DNA of 53,951 nt. Origin: Promethearchaeota archaeon Loki_b32. GTDB taxonomy: Archaea; Asgardarchaeota; Lokiarchaeia; Sigyniarchaeales; SOKP01. The translations under genes and the position numbers were made by a program. Below are positions 50,122 through 53,951 of this stretch, one piece after another. Positions within the stretch are counted from its first letter, which is position 1. Each line of letters begins with the position of its first letter. The notes beneath the pieces are model-generated. The model did not search any database and was not told where the DNA came from. It worked only from the letters and a program-made list of their open reading frames with translations. The stretch is taken from positions 1-53,951 of the forward strand of contig NJBH01000026.1 in NCBI GenBank assembly GCA_005223125.1. Reading direction: 5' to 3'.

Positions 50122-50916
50122 TTAATTTAATCTTTTTTGTATATATATTTTATTAATTTGAATAATCTTAAAATACTTTAAATTATTATGTAATTCTTGC
50201 AAAAACGAGTTCAATTCGTAGATTGAAACAAGAGGAATTTGATTATTATTAATTTTTATACTATTATCCTCTAAAGTAACCATTAAAGGTATTATTATAA
50301 ATGGTAATCGCTTCTTAAGATTCAATTTGCTGCCTAATAATTCTTGAACTAGCTTTGAGAATATTTCAGGATTTTTTTGAAGGGCTATAGCTCGATTATA
50401 CTGTAGATTTGCTGCTTTATTAATAGAACTGAATGAATCCTTACGTTTCCATTGTTTTGCGTCAACCAATAAAACGTATTTTGAATAAATCCCAATAACA
50501 TCAATTTCATAACGTTTTTGCGAAGTTTTGGATTTAAAAGTTGATTTATCTGAAAATCTAAAATTTTTTGTTGTAATATAATTATTTCTTGAAAGAATTT
50601 CTTGAACTAAAATTTCGAAACCGTCATAATTTAATATCTCAGAGAACCGTTTAATATCAAATTCTAAAGTGCTGATTGCATCTATTATAAATAGAATCTT
50701 GTTAATTACAACATAGTTTTGATAATTCCCTTTCTTAATAAAGATAAAATTGAAATTCCCCAAAAAATCTCTTAATTCATACTGATTAAATTGAATTAAG
50801 AAAGGAATTTCTGAAGGTTCCCACCAAATTTCAAAAACATTTGTATCTGTTTCCCTTAAAATATGATATATATCTGTATAAAACTGTCTTAACGAAATCT
50901 GAGAATAGATTTTCAT
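50122..50916 (-). CDS. PD-(D/E)xK nuclease-fold protein (Mrr/NERD-like)
   Basis: FEILVQEIL, YEIDVIG...LVDAKQW. Confidence 0.8.
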   Translation of the reverse strand: MKIYSQISLRQFYTDIYHILRETDTNVFEIWWEPSEIPFLIQFNQYELRDFLGNFNFIFIKKGNYQNYVVINKILFIIDAISTLEFDIKRFSEILNYDGFEILVQEILSRNNYITTKNFRFSDKSTFKSKTSQKRYEIDVIGIYSKYVLLVDAKQWKRKDSFSSINKAANLQYNRAIALQKNPEIFSKLVQELLGSKLNLKKRLPFIIIPLMVTLEDNSIKINNNQIPLVSIYELNSFLQELHNNLKYFKIIQINKIYIQKRLN

Positions 50917-51197
50917 TAATTTAAAAATAACATCTCAGTAAAATAAATTAAAGAGAGTATAAGAATTCTGAAACTACTAAAAAAAACATTAGGAAGTGAT
51001 TTTTTCATAGGGGATTTCTATGAATTTGCCAGGAAAATGCGATAAAAATTAATTACCTTCATCTATATCTTACTTCTTAATAATTTGATGATAAATCTTT
51101 AGCTTTAATCAGTTAATAATATTTTTTTTAATAGACTCTCAGCTATTATTAATCAAGGTATTTATTTTAAAAATGAAAATAAGCTGTTATCATAATT

Positions 51198-53006
51198 ATG
51201 GATTTATTACCTAGAGTATTTAGAACTGAAGGAAACATAGCAGAATTCGATTCCGTTAAGATTTTTGAAAGCATATTAAAAGAGACACATATGAAAGAAA
51301 CAGATGCTAAACATATAACTGAATTAGTAGTAAGAAGGATAATTAGTTCTGGTATTAAATTTCTTTCTGGCCCCCATATAAGAGAAATTGTCTGTTCAAT
51401 ACTTTCAGAACAACATTTTGAGAACGAACGAAAATTATATACGCGAATTGGTATGCCTCTAATGGATTATGAAGAAATTCTTGAAAAAGGACATAGTGAT
51501 CAACCAAATTTGCGAATTAATCCAGAAAAAATCAATCATTGGTCAGCAAACCAAATAGCAGAAGAATATGCTCATTTAAGATTACTTGACAACGAAGAAT
51601 CTAAAGCGCATCTATATGGTGATATTCATATTAATGGATTGTGTTATTTTGATTTGAGACCATTCAGTCAAATTTGGGATCCCCGTATAATATTAAATAA
51701 TGGATTTCCTCCAATAAATAATCTAAAAGGTCACTTAAAGCAAGGCTTACCAAAAGATCTCGCTTCCGCCTTTTTTCAGATTTTTGCATGGCTCGGAACT
51801 GTTCAAAGTGAATTTTATGGGTGTCAAGGTTTCAATTTAATAACAATTTTTTTAGCACCCTATATTTCAAACTTATCTGAAGAAGAAATCAAACAAAGAA
51901 TTCGAAAATTAATTTATTTGATAAATAATTTACCACTTATTATTGGGCGTGAAGTTCCATCAATATTATTATCTTCATGTATTTCTATCCTTGATGTCTT
52001 CTCTAATGTTCCTGTTATAGATTTTAAGGGAAAAACCAAGAATGTTTACGGAGATTATCAAGAACAATGTTTAAAATTATTTAAAGCACTAATTTTCCTA
52101 TTTAAAGAGAGAAGTCAGAAAAATATTACTAATTCAACACCAAAACACCAAATAATCCTAAATAATAAATTTATCAAAGATGTAGAAGGTATTTACTCGA
52201 ATTTTTGGGATGATATTAGCACGAATGGAAATAATTATTTTATGAATTTATGTTTGGATACATATACTAAAAAAAATATTGATAAACTTTCTAAGAATAA
52301 CTTTTATAATTACGGACTTCTTCAGAATATTAGCTTAAACTTACCTAGATATGCTTATATTAGCCGAGATGAAGAGGACTTTTTGGAAATATTAAGATCG
52401 AAACTAATACTAAGTTCAGAAATTTTACTAAAAAAATACAATATAATAGAAAAAAGATTAGAATCAAATCATTTACCTTGCTGTAGTAGTATTTATAATA
52501 AAGAACCACTTTTTAAATTAGAAAATCAGAGTTTGTCATTTAGCTTGGTTGGATTGAATGAGTCAATAAAAACTTTAACAAATTATGAACTCCACGAACA
52601 TTCAGAAGCAGTTAAGTTTAGTTTGAGGATTTTAAACGAGCTAAATAAAATATGTGTAGAATTAACAGAAGAAAATGATAAAAACTTTATATTAAGTGAA
52701 AATATCTCAAAAAAAGCAATTAAAAGATTTGCAAAATTAGACTTAAAACATTTTCCAAAAGAAGTTAAATTATTACATAACAGCAATAATTACGAGTATA
52801 CAAATTCAATTCATTTTCGTAATGATATTAAGATTGATTTGCTTAAGAGAGTAGAAATTCAAGGAAATTTTCATCGCCTCATTCAAAATGGAGCAATTGA
52901 ATGTATTCCTTTAAATGAACTTAAAGAAAATAATTTGATCCTTAAAGAATTTATCAATATAATATGTGAAAAATCAAGAATTTCAAGCGTAAAGTTTTAT
53001 TCTTAA
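51198..53006 (+). CDS. ATP-cone + degenerate class III ribonucleotide reductase (NrdD-like) protein
   Basis: ATP cone (RVFRTEG..FDSVKI..IREIV), AHLYGDIHI, SLNLPR, LVGLNE, RFAKLD, YTNS; no C-terminal CxxC or RxxGY. Confidence 0.8.
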   Translation: MDLLPRVFRTEGNIAEFDSVKIFESILKETHMKETDAKHITELVVRRIISSGIKFLSGPHIREIVCSILSEQHFENERKLYTRIGMPLMDYEEILEKGHSDQPNLRINPEKINHWSANQIAEEYAHLRLLDNEESKAHLYGDIHINGLCYFDLRPFSQIWDPRIILNNGFPPINNLKGHLKQGLPKDLASAFFQIFAWLGTVQSEFYGCQGFNLITIFLAPYISNLSEEEIKQRIRKLIYLINNLPLIIGREVPSILLSSCISILDVFSNVPVIDFKGKTKNVYGDYQEQCLKLFKALIFLFKERSQKNITNSTPKHQIILNNKFIKDVEGIYSNFWDDISTNGNNYFMNLCLDTYTKKNIDKLSKNNFYNYGLLQNISLNLPRYAYISRDEEDFLEILRSKLILSSEILLKKYNIIEKRLESNHLPCCSSIYNKEPLFKLENQSLSFSLVGLNESIKTLTNYELHEHSEAVKFSLRILNELNKICVELTEENDKNFILSENISKKAIKRFAKLDLKHFPKEVKLLHNSNNYEYTNSIHFRNDIKIDLLKRVEIQGNFHRLIQNGAIECIPLNELKENNLILKEFINIICEKSRISSVKFYS

Positions 53007-53166
53007 AAAGATCTAATATTTTAGATTTTTGGTAAAAAGATTATTTAATAAGAATAATTATTTTGATTATATTGAAGTAATATTAAGATATTAAAATATT
53101 TTTAAATATTCATTAGTTTAAACTTTAGATAGAGTAAGATCTTCCTAATAAAATAATGGGGATTAT

Positions 53167-53951
53167 TTGACCAAATCAAAGGATAAGAAAAAAAAAGGCA
53201 AACCAAGTGAACAGCAAGACACTGAATCTAAATCGAATATTATAAAAGCAGTTGTCTTAAGTATATTTGATGAAAATGGACCTACTCCCAAGATTTACTG
53301 GCCATATGATTTAGTTGAACAATCGGGACTTTTAATTGCTATGAAAACAATTAGTTTATTAATGGGGGATGCTACTTATCAAGATGGGATAGGAACAGAA
53401 GGAGTTAATTATTTTGGAATATTACCTTTTCCTGATCTAAAATTAAATGGGTTGACGTATTTTTTCCTTATACCTGATGATGAAGCACGTGGTAAAGCAT
53501 TAGCTGCAACTATTACTGTATTAATTGATGAAGAAAATAAAGTTTTTTTCTATGAAAACATGAAATATTTAAGAATTATAATAGATAAAGCAGCTACCCA
53601 AATTCAGAATAATAAGCAACATAGTGAACGAGAAATAATTATGGATGAGATAAGGGAAGAACTTTTTGAATTTGCTAATGAATTAAAAGATCCCTTTTCT
53701 ACTAAAAGACAAATTAAAATTTTATTAACAGGATTAGATAAAGCAGGAAAATCAAGTTTTATGTATGGAATTAGAAGGAAATATTCTCAAATTATTAAAT
53801 CATTACCAACTAAAGGCGTAGAAAGAACTGAAGAAAAAATTTTTGAAGAACAAAATTCTCAAATTTCTGTATGGGACTTAGGAGGCCAGAAAAAATATCG
53901 AGAAAGATATCTTGAACAAAGTAAAGTCTATTTATATAATATTGATCTAAT
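53167..53951 (+). CDS. Longin-like domain fused to an Arf/Rag-like GTPase (partial, runs off the window end; absent from the ORF track)
   Basis: From TTG at 53167: ...AVVLSIFDENGPTPKIYWP...ILPFPDL..LTYFFLIPDDEARGKALAATITVL...GLDKAGKSS..PTKG..WDLGGQ. Confidence 0.88.
   Translation, partial: MTKSKDKKKKGKPSEQQDTESKSNIIKAVVLSIFDENGPTPKIYWPYDLVEQSGLLIAMKTISLLMGDATYQDGIGTEGVNYFGILPFPDLKLNGLTYFFLIPDDEARGKALAATITVLIDEENKVFFYENMKYLRIIIDKAATQIQNNKQHSEREIIMDEIREELFEFANELKDPFSTKRQIKILLTGLDKAGKSSFMYGIRRKYSQIIKSLPTKGVERTEEKIFEEQNSQISVWDLGGQKKYRERYLEQSKVYLYNIDL

Noticed and set aside
50122-50916. Restriction-modification defence system
   Set aside because: No methyltransferase or other defence genes are adjacent; only the nuclease fold is supported.
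1497-52786. Many short antisense or overlapping ORFs in the track (e.g. 1497-1694, 3637-4041, 10261-10623, 31573-31950, 38316-38618, 49578-49922)
   Set aside because: They lie within well-supported genes, mostly on the opposite strand, and have no recognisable motifs.

Overview
AT-rich archaeal chromosome segment with the gene content typical of an Asgard archaeon, most likely Lokiarchaeia. It carries six small-GTPase genes (Rab-like and Arf/Rag-like), roadblock and longin-like domains, an ESCRT-II Vps25 fragment, an LRR protein, TFB/TBP paralogs and an archaeosortase. The first ~7.5 kb is a mosaic of broken genes: in-frame stops, abrupt junctions and an IS1634-like remnant. The rest is mostly intact metabolic and signalling genes. 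Main findings: (1) four GTPases fused to an N-terminal longin-like domain, three with the D-x3-R-G motif that is the arginine finger of the eukaryotic GAPs folliculin and SMCR8 and one lacking it, suggesting GAP-GTPase fusions. (2) Two tandem P2-like P-type ATPases in which the TM4 PEGL motif is replaced by PINL, close to the PISL motif of P4 lipid flippases, with the TM6 ion ligands also lost. (3) An ATP-cone NrdD-like protein lacking its radical machinery. (4) A serine-hydrolase gene flanked by 80-bp direct repeats. No rRNA, tRNA or CRISPR array was recognised. All family assignments come from motif recognition by eye, not database searches.
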